A stretch of DNA of 41,940 bases from positions 1 to 41,940 of the forward strand of contig CANQMG010000001.1 of the NCBI GenBank assembly GCA_947624925.1, in the 5' to 3' direction. The notes beneath the pieces are model-generated. The model did not search any database and was not told where the DNA came from. It saw only the letters and a list, made by a program, of their open reading frames with translations. Source of the DNA: an uncultured Clostridia bacterium (GTDB lineage Bacteria > Bacillota > Clostridia > TANB77 > CAG-508). Below are positions 16,707 to 27,414 of the stretch, piece by piece (the stretch's first letter is position 1; each line of letters begins with the position of its first letter). The translations under genes and the position numbers were made by a program.

Positions 16707-17441
16707 TTATTTACTTGCTATATAATATCCTACTCCTCTTTTTGTTATTAATATTTTAGGAGCAGAGGTGTCTTTTTCTATTTTTTCTCTTATTCTTCTA
16801 ACTGTAACATCTACTGTTCTTATATCTCCATAATATTCATATCCCCAAACCTTTTCAAGTAATATTTCTCTTGTTATAACTTGTCCTGGCTGATTTGCTA
16901 AATATTTTAATACCTCAAATTCACGTAATGTTAAATCTATAACTTCATCTTTAACTTTTACTTCAAATTTGTCTAAATCTATTGCTAAATCTCCAATTAT
17001 TATTTTATGAGTATTATTTACATTTTGTGTTTGAGTATCATTTACAGCTGTAACCTCTGCTTTTCTTAAATTTGCTTTTATTCTAGCAATTAATTCTCTA
17101 ACACTAAAAGGTTTTGTAACATAATCATCTGCACCTAATTCTAATCCCAAAATTTTATCTATTTCTTCATCTCTAGCTGTTAACATTAATATTGGTACAT
17201 TTAATACATTTCTTATTTTTTTACAAACTGTTAATCCATCCATTTTAGGTAGCATTACATCTAATAATATTAAATCTGGTTTTTGTTCTAATGCCATATC
17301 AACAGCTGTTACTCCATCATTTGCCTCAATTGTATTGTATCCTTCTTTTTGAAGATTACATACCAACATATCTACAATTAGTTTTTCATCATCAACTATT
17401 AATATGGTCTTTTTTTCTTTATTTACTTCATTTTCTTCCAT
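16707..17441 (-). CDS. OmpR/PhoB-family response regulator, WalR/YycF-like
   Basis: REC (ILIVDDEKLIVDMLVCNLQKEGY, LLDVMLPKMDG, KPF) plus winged-helix (RTVDVTVRRIREKI). Start at ATG 17441 (SD AAAGGTGGA). Confidence 0.88.
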   Translation of the reverse strand: MEENEVNKEKKTILIVDDEKLIVDMLVCNLQKEGYNTIEANDGVTAVDMALEQKPDLILLDVMLPKMDGLTVCKKIRNVLNVPILMLTARDEEIDKILGLELGADDYVTKPFSVRELIARIKANLRKAEVTAVNDTQTQNVNNTHKIIIGDLAIDLDKFEVKVKDEVIDLTLREFEVLKYLANQPGQVITREILLEKVWGYEYYGDIRTVDVTVRRIREKIEKDTSAPKILITKRGVGYYIASK

Positions 17442-17528
17442 AAAAGTTCCACCTTTCATGATATTTATATGAACATAATATCATATTAATAGAATTTATA
17501 CAATATTTTTTAAAATATTTTTATAGAA

Positions 17529-20500
17529 TTACATTATTACTTCTACATCATATATTTTATTATTATCTATTAATCTTATTTTTTTATCTTCTATTTCTTC
17601 TCCATTAATTTTTAACTGTGTTATACCTGTAGATTTTTGATTTGGATTTTCTATTTTTATATTATATAAACTACTTTTATATCTATATTGTATACTGTAA
17701 TTTTTCCAATCTGATGGAATACATGGTTTAATCTCCATAATATTATTATAAATTTTAAGACCTAATATATTTTCTATACCAGCTTTATATAACCAGCTAC
17801 TAGAACCTGTATACCATGTCCAACCTCCTCTACCTAATAAGTTTCCGCTTCCATATATATCTGCTGCTACAACATATGGCTCTACTTTGTAAATCTTTAC
17901 AGCATCTATTGTTTTAGAATGTTCTATTGGATTTATAAGTCTAAAGTATTCATCTGCTTTTTGTGCATTTTCTAAAATACAAAAAGCAATTATACTCCAT
18001 ATTGCACCATGTGTGTATTGTCCACCATTTTCTCTTACTCCTGGCAAATATTTTTGTATATATCCTGGATTAATTTTGCCATGCTCAAATGGTGGTGTTA
18101 GAAGTTTTATTATTCCTGCTTCTTTATCTATTAAATATTTTTCCATATTTTCCATTGCTATATATTTTTTATCATTGTCTCCTGCATTTGATATTACTGA
18201 CCAACTTTGTGCTATATTATCTATTTTACATTCCTCATTTGTTATACTTCCTAATATATCTCCTTCATCTGTAAATGCTCTTCTAAACCAACTGCCATCC
18301 CATCCATTTGTATTAAGATTTTTCTTTAATTTTATTTTTATTTGTTCATATTTTTTTACTAATTCTTCATCGTTTCTATATTTTAAAATATTTATAAATC
18401 TATCTAATATATTATATAAGAAAAATCCAAGCCACACACTTTCTCCTATTCCTTTATTTCCTACATTGCTAAATCCATCATTCCAGTCTCCAGAACCAAT
18501 TTTGGGCAAACCATTTTTACCAAAGTCTAATGACTTTTCTATTGCTTTTAAGCAATGCTTATATATTGTTTCTTTTATATTTGATTCTTCGTATAAATCA
18601 TATCTTTCGTCTTCATCTTGTCCTAGTTTTTCACCTTGTAAATAAGGTACTTCAATATCAAGTATGCTCCTATCTCCTGTAAATTCTATATATTCACACA
18701 CAACATATACTAACCATAATAAATCGTCTGAAAATTTAGTTCTTATTCCTCTTTTAGTTTCGTCATGCCACCAATGCAAAACATCTCCTTCTATAAATTG
18801 ATGGCTAGCATGTTTTATTATTTGATTTTTCATTATTTGAGTATCTATATATTTTAAACCTAATGTATCTTGTAATTGATCTCTAAATCCAAATGCTCCA
18901 CCAGATTGATAGTACCCGCTTCTAGCCCACATTCTAGATACTATGGTTTGATATACTGCCCAACCATTTAATAATATATTTGTTGATTCTACAGGAGTAT
19001 TAACTTGCAATTTTCTTATAAGATTATTCCAATATTGTTTTACTTTATTTAATTCTTCTTTGCATTTATCTATATTTTTATATTTAATTAATATATCTTT
19101 TATTTTTTCTGTATCTTCTTCCACTCCTAGTGCAAAATATATTTCTTTTTCTTCATAGGCATTTAGTTCAATATTTATTTCTATAACCATACATGTTGAT
19201 TTTCCTATACTATCTTTTAAATCTAAATTATTATATAAATAATCTGGACTGTATATATCTCCTTCTCCAAAGAACTTTTCTTTATCTGACATATATGCTT
19301 TTATTTGTTCATTACTTGAAATATATAACAATTCATTTTCTTTTCTATCAAAATATTTTTTTGCATACATATAGTTAAATTCTTTTTTTGCTTCAATATA
19401 ACCATCTGACTTTATTTCATCTTCGTCTAAAACAGGTTTTATATAATAAACTAATTTTAGTCTTCTAGATGATGGCATAGTATTTTTTATTTTTATTAAA
19501 TTAATTTTTAATGAATCTTCATTTGGAACAAATATCTCATCTTCTTGAATTATTCCCATATTGCATTGTATATATTTTGCATAACCAAATCCATATTTAA
19601 CATAATGGGTAAATTTACCACCAATTGTACATATCTCTTTTGTTTCTTCATCTTTTATATAAATTATTTCAGATGGGGTATCTATTATTGGATCATTTGC
19701 CCAAGCTGTAAGTCTATTTAATCTACTATTTTTACTCCATGTATAACCTCCTAAGCTTTCTGTTACAACTGTACCAAATTTTTTATTTGATAATATATGG
19801 CTCCAACATAACGGTGTTGGATTTTCTATACTCGTTTTTATTATATATTCTTTTCCATCTTCACTAAATCCACCATATCCATTATAGTATTTTAAATTTT
19901 TCATATCTATATTAATAATATCTTCTTCTTTAAAATCTATATCTTTTGGCTTTATAACTTCTGGCCTAACTTTATTTTCTTTTAAATATTTTTCTTCTAA
20001 TTCCTCTATATTATCTTTTATATTTCCAAATGTTGCATCGATTACAAAATTTGCTCTTATTGTAAACATTTCTTCATCTTCTATTTCATTTGAATTAATT
20101 ATAAATATTCCTCCAAACGTATTTTTTAAATATTCTATTTGGTTGTTTTGTATCTGAGTTTCTATTGCATCTTTTACATATTTTTCATATACATTCTGTT
20201 CTTTATTTAATACAACTAATTCAATATTTATATTTTTAGCTCTATAATATTCATAAGCCTTTAATATATTTTCTATAACATATATTTCACTTATTTCCTT
20301 AATTTTAACAAGCAATATTGGTAATTCTCCAGAAATTCCATATTTCCACAAATCACTTTGTAAATAATTTTTGTTTTGTATATTTTTTAAATATACACTT
20401 CTTAATGGATTGTTAAATATTAAATAAGAAAGCAATCTTTGGTATTCTATTATATCATCGCCACTAACTCTTAGATATCTTGCTTCTTCTTCCGTTCTTA

Positions 20501-23500
20501 CCTTTGATAATTCAAATGTCCTTTTTACCTTTTCTTCATTTTTATATTCTCTTATATTATTTTCTACAACTTGTTTACTTTCTGAGACTGCAATTACTAG
20601 ATTTAATTCTATCTCTTCTTCTGGTTTTATACTTACAGTTTTTTTAAGTGCAATTATTGGATCAGTTACTAAACCAATATTGTTACTAAACGGCTCAGAT
20701 TTTTCTATCTTTCTAGGTATATTATGTTCTAATCTACCATAAAGTTTTTCTTTATTTATTTCAAACTCTAATTCCCCTAAGGTATCAACACTTGCAAATA
20801 AATTTACACCAAGGTATATATCTTTACCATTTCTATCATTTCTTTTTATAATTAAATAATCTTTATTTTCTGCTATTTCATATTTTAGAAATAAATTATT
20901 AAATGCTTTATGTGCATAATCTTGTCCTTGAGTAGATAGAACTGGCTCTAAAACACCTGTTACTTCTAATATTTCTTCAAAATTGCCATTATTTTTTATT
21001 TTAATATTTCTTATTTCTATTGCATCATTAGGATCTGTAATGATTTTAGTTTTTGTCTGTATATTTTCATCTATTCTTTTAAACATATCCATATCAGGCG
21101 AAAATTCTATTTTATACTTATCTGGCTTTTTACCTAAATTTGTATATGTGTTTGTCCATATTTTTTTTGTTCTAGTATTTTTTATATAGAATAATATACC
21201 TTGATTTGTTTCATCTGTTCTTTTAAATCTATTAATTAATATATCTTTATATTTACTAAATCCTAATCCGAAATCATTTACACATACTGTATATTTTTCA
21301 TTAGATATTACATTAGAAATATTTAAATCTCTATTAATATCTTTATATTCTCTTATAGAATAATTATTATATCCTAAATATTTTATCTTTTGAACTTTTT
21401 CTTTTTTATTTTTAGTAATTATAACATTATCTGGCATTCTTTCTTGTAATAATATATCTATTGATTGTATTTGAGGATTATCCATAAACCTTTTTGGTAA
21501 TATATTATTATTAATTAAATTATTAATAGAAAGCAATATTAATGCTTGATGATGCGCCATATATGTTTTTACTATAACGTTATCTTTATTTATAGGTATT
21601 CTAGCTGGAGTATAATCTATTGCTTCATAAAATCCATATTTATTATACATACCTAAATCTTGCAATCTTTTTAGATTTTTTAGTACACCTTTTGTATCAT
21701 CTCCTATTGCAAGAATAGTTCCATAAGATGATACTACCATTTCATCAGCTAAACCTCTTTTTAAACCTAGCCATGGTATTCCAAATGCCTTATACTGATA
21801 ATTATTATTTAAGTCTTTTAAATTAAAGGCAGATTCAGATATTCCCCATGGAATACCTAGCTTTTCGCAATATTTTTTTTGAGACATTATCATAAATTTA
21901 CATGATTCGTCTAATAAACTACCTGGATATTTAATAATATTTATATTTGGCATTAAGTATTCAAAAGCTGTTCCAGACCAGGATATAAGTCCCTTAAATC
22001 TATTTAGTAAAGTAAGAGTTCTACTTAGATTATGCCAATGCTCTACAGGAATATCTTTTTTTGCTATAGCTATAAGGCTTGCTTGTCTTGCTTCTGATGC
22101 TAGCAAATCATAATATGAATCCGTTAATTTATTTTCTTCAGTATTAAATCCTATTGATAACAATCTTTTTTTCTTATCATATAAATAACTAAAATCTGTA
22201 TTATTTATTATTGTGCTTACTGAATTAATCATATTATTAATTTCATATTTGTTTTCATCACTTTCTTCCATATATATTTGTTTTAAAAAACTTTTTAAAA
22301 CATACATATATCCTACAAAATTTCCACTATCTACTGTTGATACATAATTTGGTTTTAATGGCTCAAGAGTTTTTATATTATACCAGTTATATAAATGTCC
22401 ATTCCATTTTGAAAGTTTTTCAATTGTTATTAACATATTTTTTATAAGTTCTAATGCTTTTCCCTTTTCTATAAATCTAAGATCATATGCCGAAATAACA
22501 CACATAACACCTAACCCTATATTAGTAGATGAAGTTCTATCTACAACTTTCTTTACTCTATCTTCCTGGTAATTGTCTGGTGGAAGATAATTATTCTGTT
22601 CATTTATATATTCTTCAAAAAAGCTCCATGTTCTTCTTGCAATGTCTAATATATATTCTTCATCCTTTTTACTAATATGTTGTACTTTATTTAAATTAAT
22701 ACTTATATACCAAGCTGTCAGCGGTGCTAAAATCCATAAAATTGACAGAATATATAGCCAGAAGAATTCCGAAATATATTTACATGCAATTATAAAAGAA
22801 AAAATCCCAATAATTAAATTTACTGATATTGCTTTGTAATAAGATTTTAAGCTAGATTCCGCATTTCTTTCTGATTCATCTGATGTTGTCCATTCTAGTA
22901 AATTTTGTTTAGATTTATACATTCTGTATAATGTTCTTATTATTGCATCTAAAGATATATATGCTTTATATGGCAATAAAGATAAACTTATAACTGCTCT
23001 TAGTATACTTCCCTTTATACCAGAAATATTTCTTGCAAAATTGTATTGTTTCTCCATTCCTTGTTTTTTAAATACTATATAATTTATAATATCTAAAATT
23101 GGCGTTATAAATATTGATATTAATACTATAAGTGTCAAATAATTTAAATTTATATTAAATATTATTTTTGTTATTTCAATAAATATAATTTCTAAAACTA
23201 TATTAGTTTCTAACAAACTTCTTCTTAAATTATCTATAATTTTGAATTTTGATATCTCATTTATAGGATTATTTATTATTTTCCCATCTTTATCTTTTAT
23301 TTTTGATTTAAGCCATCTTATAATTTGCCAATCTCCTCTAATCCATCTATGAAGTCTAGATATAAAAGAATTATATTTAGTTGGGTAACCATCTAAAAGC
23401 ATAATATCAGATGCTAAGCCACATCTTAAATAGATTCCTTCCAATAAATCATGACTTAAAACAGTATTTTCTGGAATTACATTTTTTAAAACCTTAGAAA

Positions 23501-25628
23501 AAACCTCTAAATTATATATTCCTTTACCTGTGTAAATTCCTTCTCCAAAGTTATCTTGATAAATATCAGAAATAGCATTTGTATAAAGATCTGTCCCTCC
23601 AAGTCCTGCAAATATTTTTGTAAATAAACTTTTTACACATATATTTAAATTTACTCCAACACGTGGCTGTAATATTCCATACCCATCAATTACTATGTTT
23701 TTTTCTTTATCAATTACAGGTTCATTTAATATGTGTGCCATAGCACCTACTAATTTTAGCCCAGATTCTAATACTAGTTCTGTATCTGCATCTAGTGTTA
23801 TAATATATTTAATTTTAGGTATTTGCTGTTTTATTGTATTTGCATAAAATATATCTTTTATATTTCCCAAAAGATATTCATTAAATTGTGTAAGTAATCC
23901 TCTTTTTCTTTCCCAACCTAAATAACATTTTTCACTTTGGTTCCAACTTCTTTTTCTGTATATAAAATTAAATTTATTAAATTCTTCATCTGGATATTTT
24001 TTATTTAATTTTTCAGATATTTCTATTCCTTTTTGGATTACTTCTTTGTCAAAATCCTCATTTATTTTATCTGAAGAACTGCAATCTCCAAGAAGTGTAA
24101 AATATATATTATCTGATTTATTTCCAAGGTAATATACTTCTAATTTTTTCATCATCTCTTCTACTTGTTTAGCAGATTTTAAAATTGTTGGAATAACAAC
24201 CATTGTTTTATATTCATTAGGAATTCCCTGTGTAAAATCTAATTTAGGTATTATTTTACTTTTTATAGTTTTATTAAGTATATACTGCATAACATCCATA
24301 ACAATTTGAATAATTGGAATAAATATAAGAAGCATCTCTATTATTGATATAATCAGTCTATTTGTTTTTAAAATTATATATATTCCAGTTAAAAGTGTTA
24401 TTAAGCTAGATATTAAAAGTATAGTTCCAACATACATTCTTTCTTTATTTTTAATTTTATTATTTTGCTTTTGCCCTAAACTATTTTTTAAATTCTCTAT
24501 TCCATCACCAATAAGAAAATATCCAATATGAGTTTTTTTAGTTTTTACTTGTTTTTGATTTTCTTTTTCTGATAATTCTAATGCTTTAGTTGCAACATAT
24601 ATTTCTGAAGTTTTAGTTTTCTTAGAAAGTTCCTTTATTTTATTTCTATAATAATCTTTAGTTTTATTATCCATCTTGTTATATACACCTGCAGGATCAT
24701 TTTTTAATATTTCTTCAACACCATTTATTTTTTCAAATATTTCTAAGAAATTAGTCCTTTGTAAATCCTTTATACTTTTTATACAATTTCCTATTGTAAC
24801 CTTATTTAATGCAATATCAAAATGTTCTTTTTTTATTATCTCAGAAATACTAGAACCTATTTTTTCAACTTGTTCTTCTAAAATTCTTAAATATGGCATA
24901 GCCTGTCTTCCATATAATTTTAATTTATATGATAAATACTCTATAAAAGTATTTTTCATTTGATTTGGTTGTATTGAACTATTACTATTTACAAAATGAT
25001 ACTTAAATTTTTGACTGCTTGTGTCTTTACTCTCTACAAGTCTTTCAATTAAACTTTCTACCTTATATTTTTGTATTTGGGAATAATATATTTTCTCACA
25101 TACATCTCTTATATGCTCAATTATAGAAATATAAAAAAATACAGATATATTCCATATTTCTTCCATATTTAATGTCTTTTTTCTTTGATATGCTGTTATG
25201 AAATCTTTCAAATTAGCATCATCTATTTTTCCGTCTGTTGCTCCAACAATTTGCGCTGCTATAACATATACTCTTGCAAATCCTTTATAACTTCCATTTG
25301 ACAGTCCAGGAAAACTTTTATATTTTTTTAATGTCATTTCTTTTTTTATATTTTTATATGTTTCTTCAATTATATAATAATTATCTAAAAGCCACTCTCC
25401 AGCAGGATGTATATTAATTTTTAATTTCATATGATTATTTAGAATTTCATATGTTTTTGTAATAAATTTAAAATTATCATCTAATCTTGGAATTGGATAC
25501 GTTTGTTTATCTGAATTTTTCTTAAGCATATTGTCTGATGCAAATTTTTCTAGGTAATTTTCTAATTGATATTTATCTAAAACAGCTCCTTTTATATTTA
25601 AAAATTTTTTTGAATTCAATTTTTCCAC
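17529..25628 (-). CDS. Giant multidomain glycosyltransferase/phosphorylase, cyclic beta-1,2-glucan synthase (Cgs/NdvB/ChvB)-like
   Basis: Uninterrupted 2699-aa ORF. Several TM helices flank a GT-A-type domain (VVIPT..., ITLDADTE). C-terminal GH94-type phosphorylase region with GSGDWNDGFS. Confidence 0.8.
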   Translation of the reverse strand: MEKLNSKKFLNIKGAVLDKYQLENYLEKFASDNMLKKNSDKQTYPIPRLDDNFKFITKTYEILNNHMKLKINIHPAGEWLLDNYYIIEETYKNIKKEMTLKKYKSFPGLSNGSYKGFARVYVIAAQIVGATDGKIDDANLKDFITAYQRKKTLNMEEIWNISVFFYISIIEHIRDVCEKIYYSQIQKYKVESLIERLVESKDTSSQKFKYHFVNSNSSIQPNQMKNTFIEYLSYKLKLYGRQAMPYLRILEEQVEKIGSSISEIIKKEHFDIALNKVTIGNCIKSIKDLQRTNFLEIFEKINGVEEILKNDPAGVYNKMDNKTKDYYRNKIKELSKKTKTSEIYVATKALELSEKENQKQVKTKKTHIGYFLIGDGIENLKNSLGQKQNNKIKNKERMYVGTILLISSLITLLTGIYIILKTNRLIISIIEMLLIFIPIIQIVMDVMQYILNKTIKSKIIPKLDFTQGIPNEYKTMVVIPTILKSAKQVEEMMKKLEVYYLGNKSDNIYFTLLGDCSSSDKINEDFDKEVIQKGIEISEKLNKKYPDEEFNKFNFIYRKRSWNQSEKCYLGWERKRGLLTQFNEYLLGNIKDIFYANTIKQQIPKIKYIITLDADTELVLESGLKLVGAMAHILNEPVIDKEKNIVIDGYGILQPRVGVNLNICVKSLFTKIFAGLGGTDLYTNAISDIYQDNFGEGIYTGKGIYNLEVFSKVLKNVIPENTVLSHDLLEGIYLRCGLASDIMLLDGYPTKYNSFISRLHRWIRGDWQIIRWLKSKIKDKDGKIINNPINEISKFKIIDNLRRSLLETNIVLEIIFIEITKIIFNINLNYLTLIVLISIFITPILDIINYIVFKKQGMEKQYNFARNISGIKGSILRAVISLSLLPYKAYISLDAIIRTLYRMYKSKQNLLEWTTSDESERNAESSLKSYYKAISVNLIIGIFSFIIACKYISEFFWLYILSILWILAPLTAWYISINLNKVQHISKKDEEYILDIARRTWSFFEEYINEQNNYLPPDNYQEDRVKKVVDRTSSTNIGLGVMCVISAYDLRFIEKGKALELIKNMLITIEKLSKWNGHLYNWYNIKTLEPLKPNYVSTVDSGNFVGYMYVLKSFLKQIYMEESDENKYEINNMINSVSTIINNTDFSYLYDKKKRLLSIGFNTEENKLTDSYYDLLASEARQASLIAIAKKDIPVEHWHNLSRTLTLLNRFKGLISWSGTAFEYLMPNINIIKYPGSLLDESCKFMIMSQKKYCEKLGIPWGISESAFNLKDLNNNYQYKAFGIPWLGLKRGLADEMVVSSYGTILAIGDDTKGVLKNLKRLQDLGMYNKYGFYEAIDYTPARIPINKDNVIVKTYMAHHQALILLSINNLINNNILPKRFMDNPQIQSIDILLQERMPDNVIITKNKKEKVQKIKYLGYNNYSIREYKDINRDLNISNVISNEKYTVCVNDFGLGFSKYKDILINRFKRTDETNQGILFYIKNTRTKKIWTNTYTNLGKKPDKYKIEFSPDMDMFKRIDENIQTKTKIITDPNDAIEIRNIKIKNNGNFEEILEVTGVLEPVLSTQGQDYAHKAFNNLFLKYEIAENKDYLIIKRNDRNGKDIYLGVNLFASVDTLGELEFEINKEKLYGRLEHNIPRKIEKSEPFSNNIGLVTDPIIALKKTVSIKPEEEIELNLVIAVSESKQVVENNIREYKNEEKVKRTFELSKVRTEEEARYLRVSGDDIIEYQRLLSYLIFNNPLRSVYLKNIQNKNYLQSDLWKYGISGELPILLVKIKEISEIYVIENILKAYEYYRAKNINIELVVLNKEQNVYEKYVKDAIETQIQNNQIEYLKNTFGGIFIINSNEIEDEEMFTIRANFVIDATFGNIKDNIEELEEKYLKENKVRPEVIKPKDIDFKEEDIINIDMKNLKYYNGYGGFSEDGKEYIIKTSIENPTPLCWSHILSNKKFGTVVTESLGGYTWSKNSRLNRLTAWANDPIIDTPSEIIYIKDEETKEICTIGGKFTHYVKYGFGYAKYIQCNMGIIQEDEIFVPNEDSLKINLIKIKNTMPSSRRLKLVYYIKPVLDEDEIKSDGYIEAKKEFNYMYAKKYFDRKENELLYISSNEQIKAYMSDKEKFFGEGDIYSPDYLYNNLDLKDSIGKSTCMVIEINIELNAYEEKEIYFALGVEEDTEKIKDILIKYKNIDKCKEELNKVKQYWNNLIRKLQVNTPVESTNILLNGWAVYQTIVSRMWARSGYYQSGGAFGFRDQLQDTLGLKYIDTQIMKNQIIKHASHQFIEGDVLHWWHDETKRGIRTKFSDDLLWLVYVVCEYIEFTGDRSILDIEVPYLQGEKLGQDEDERYDLYEESNIKETIYKHCLKAIEKSLDFGKNGLPKIGSGDWNDGFSNVGNKGIGESVWLGFFLYNILDRFINILKYRNDEELVKKYEQIKIKLKKNLNTNGWDGSWFRRAFTDEGDILGSITNEECKIDNIAQSWSVISNAGDNDKKYIAMENMEKYLIDKEAGIIKLLTPPFEHGKINPGYIQKYLPGVRENGGQYTHGAIWSIIAFCILENAQKADEYFRLINPIEHSKTIDAVKIYKVEPYVVAADIYGSGNLLGRGGWTWYTGSSSWLYKAGIENILGLKIYNNIMEIKPCIPSDWKNYSIQYRYKSSLYNIKIENPNQKSTGITQLKINGEEIEDKKIRLIDNNKIYDVEVIM

Positions 25629-25796
25629 TCCTTATGTAGTTTTTAATTTATTTTTTCCTAAGCTGTTTTTTTTATGCAGTTTTGTTAATTATTAATATTT
25701 TTAGTGGAATTGTAACATTTTATTTTTTTTTTAATAATATAAATATTATAGGTAAAGTATATTGATGTTAGATTGGGGGATTTTAAATTGAATAAT

Positions 25797-25937
25797 ATGG
25801 ATATAAATAAAATACTTTCTGTTTTATCTAAGATGGATAAAAAGGATTTAGAAGTTGGAATTGCAAAAGCAAACGAGATATTAAATTCAAAAGATAAAGA
25901 TGAAATTATTAATAAAATAAAAAATTCAAACAAATAG
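25797..25937 (+). CDS. Possible 46-aa small protein (not in the ORF track)
   Basis: MDINKILSVLSKMDKKDLEVGIAKANEILNSKDKDEIINKIKNSNK. GGGGGA lies 6 nt before an in-frame TTG at 25788. Directly precedes and is co-oriented with the next two genes. Confidence 0.35.
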   Translation: MDINKILSVLSKMDKKDLEVGIAKANEILNSKDKDEIINKIKNSNK

Positions 25938-25959
25938 TTTATAGATGTGGAGGGTTTGT

Positions 25960-26418
25960 ATGAATAATGAAGATATGTCTGATATAATGAAAAATTTTAG
26001 TAGTTTATTAGAAGGCAAGCAATTACCTGAAAATATGCAAGAAATTCTAAACAATCTTAAAAATTCTAGTGAAAATGATACAGATAATAATTCAAATACA
26101 AACAGTTCATCTAATAATATAGACCCCGAAATGGTTAACAATTTAATAAACATGTTTGGCAATAATTCTAAAGAAAATACAAATAAAACAAATAACTCAA
26201 ATTCTTCAAATATTGATATTGAAACAATTATGAAAATGAAAACAATTATAGATGAAATAAATAACACTCAAAATGATCCTAGAGCTAATTTGTTACTTTC
26301 TTTAAAACCATATTTAAAAGACAGTAGAAAAGATAAGGTAGAACAATATATAAAGCTTTTAAATATGGGAAAAGTCGCTCGTGTTTTTAATATAAACGGT
26401 GGTGGTAAAAACAAATGA
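25960..26418 (+). CDS. Asn/Ser-rich hypothetical protein with conserved-looking C-terminal segment
   Basis: Start at ATG 25960 (SD GGAGGG 5 nt upstream). Low-complexity N/S tract, then DPRANLLLSLKPYLKDSRKDKVEQYIKLLNMGKV. Confidence 0.6.
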   Translation: MNNEDMSDIMKNFSSLLEGKQLPENMQEILNNLKNSSENDTDNNSNTNSSSNNIDPEMVNNLINMFGNNSKENTNKTNNSNSSNIDIETIMKMKTIIDEINNTQNDPRANLLLSLKPYLKDSRKDKVEQYIKLLNMGKVARVFNINGGGKNK

Positions 26419-26747
26419 TGTTTAATTATCCATTTTTTGGTTTTCCATATACTAGGAATTACAACAGATACTATAAATATAATAAATATTACTCAAATAA
26501 TTTAAATAATTATATTGATTATAATAAATATAAAGAAAATAATTCTTCAAAAAATAATTTTACAAATGAAAATACTAAAAATGTACAAGATAATAAAGAA
26601 AGCGATAAAAGGGAAGCTTTTGAGATTTTTGGATTAAAATTATATTCAGATGATATTTTAATTTTATGCTTAATTTTCTTTTTGTATAATGAAGGAGTAA
26701 AAGACACAGAATTATTTATTTCTTTAATTTTACTTTTGCTTACGTAA
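26415..26747 (+). CDS. Tyr/Asn-rich hypothetical protein with hydrophobic C-terminus
   Basis: 110 aa. ATGA overlap with the previous gene. C-terminal ILILCLIFFLY...LFISLILLLL suggests a membrane anchor. Confidence 0.5.
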   Translation: MMFNYPFFGFPYTRNYNRYYKYNKYYSNNLNNYIDYNKYKENNSSKNNFTNENTKNVQDNKESDKREAFEIFGLKLYSDDILILCLIFFLYNEGVKDTELFISLILLLLT

Positions 26748-26793
26748 AAATATAAAAGAAGAAAATTAGAGTTTCTTAGTTTTAGAAAGTATG

Positions 26794-26830
26794 AGAGTAT
26801 CAAAACACACTTTATGATACTCTTTTATTA
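26794..26830 (+). terminator. Intrinsic terminator after the small-protein operon
   Basis: AGAGTATCA / 12-nt loop / TGATACTCT followed by TTTTATT. Confidence 0.6.
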
Positions 26831-26896
26831 ATATATACTCCTAAAAAAAAATATATATATATTATTCCTAAAAAAAGAAATTTTAGTAAAATTTAC

Positions 26897-27412
26897 TTAT
26901 TTTATTTTTGCAGGTATTCCTACAACTGTCGAATTATCTGGAACATCTTTCAGAACAACTGCATTTGCTCCAACCTTTACATTGTTTCCTATTTTTATTG
27001 GTCCTAATATTTTTGCCCCACATCCTACAATAACATTATTACCTAAATCTGGATGTCTTTTATATTTATCCTTTCCAGTACCACCTAATGTTACTCCATG
27101 ATATATTGTACAATTATTTCCAATCGTTGTTGTTTCACCTATTACAATCCCCATACCATGATCTATAAATAACCTTTTACCAATTTTAGCTGCTGGATGT
27201 ATTTCTATTCCAGTTAAAAATCTTGCAAATTGTGAGATTAATCTTGCTATAAATTTTAATTTTAAATTATTAAAAAAATGAGAAATTCTATGAAATAACA
27301 AAGCATGAAATCCTGGATACAGCAATATAACATATAATACATTTTTGCTTGCTGGATCCTTGTCGCTTATATTTTTTGCATCTAAATATAATTCTTTTAT
27401 ACATTTAAACAT
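26897..27412 (-). CDS. cysE: Serine O-acetyltransferase
   Basis: 171 aa. [26 protein letters not shown] and [30 protein letters not shown] hexapeptide repeats. Confidence 0.9.
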   Translation of the reverse strand: MFKCIKELYLDAKNISDKDPASKNVLYVILLYPGFHALLFHRISHFFNNLKLKFIARLISQFARFLTGIEIHPAAKIGKRLFIDHGMGIVIGETTTIGNNCTIYHGVTLGGTGKDKYKRHPDLGNNVIVGCGAKILGPIKIGNNVKVGANAVVLKDVPDNSTVVGIPAKIK

Positions 27413-27414
27413 AA

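Noticed and set aside
25685-26267. Two minus-strand ORFs (82 and 113 aa) in the region divergent from the glucan synthase gene
   Set aside because: They are the antisense of the plus-strand small-protein genes, which do have SD sequences and an operon-like layout. Their products are low-complexity Phe/Ile/Leu/Ser strings.
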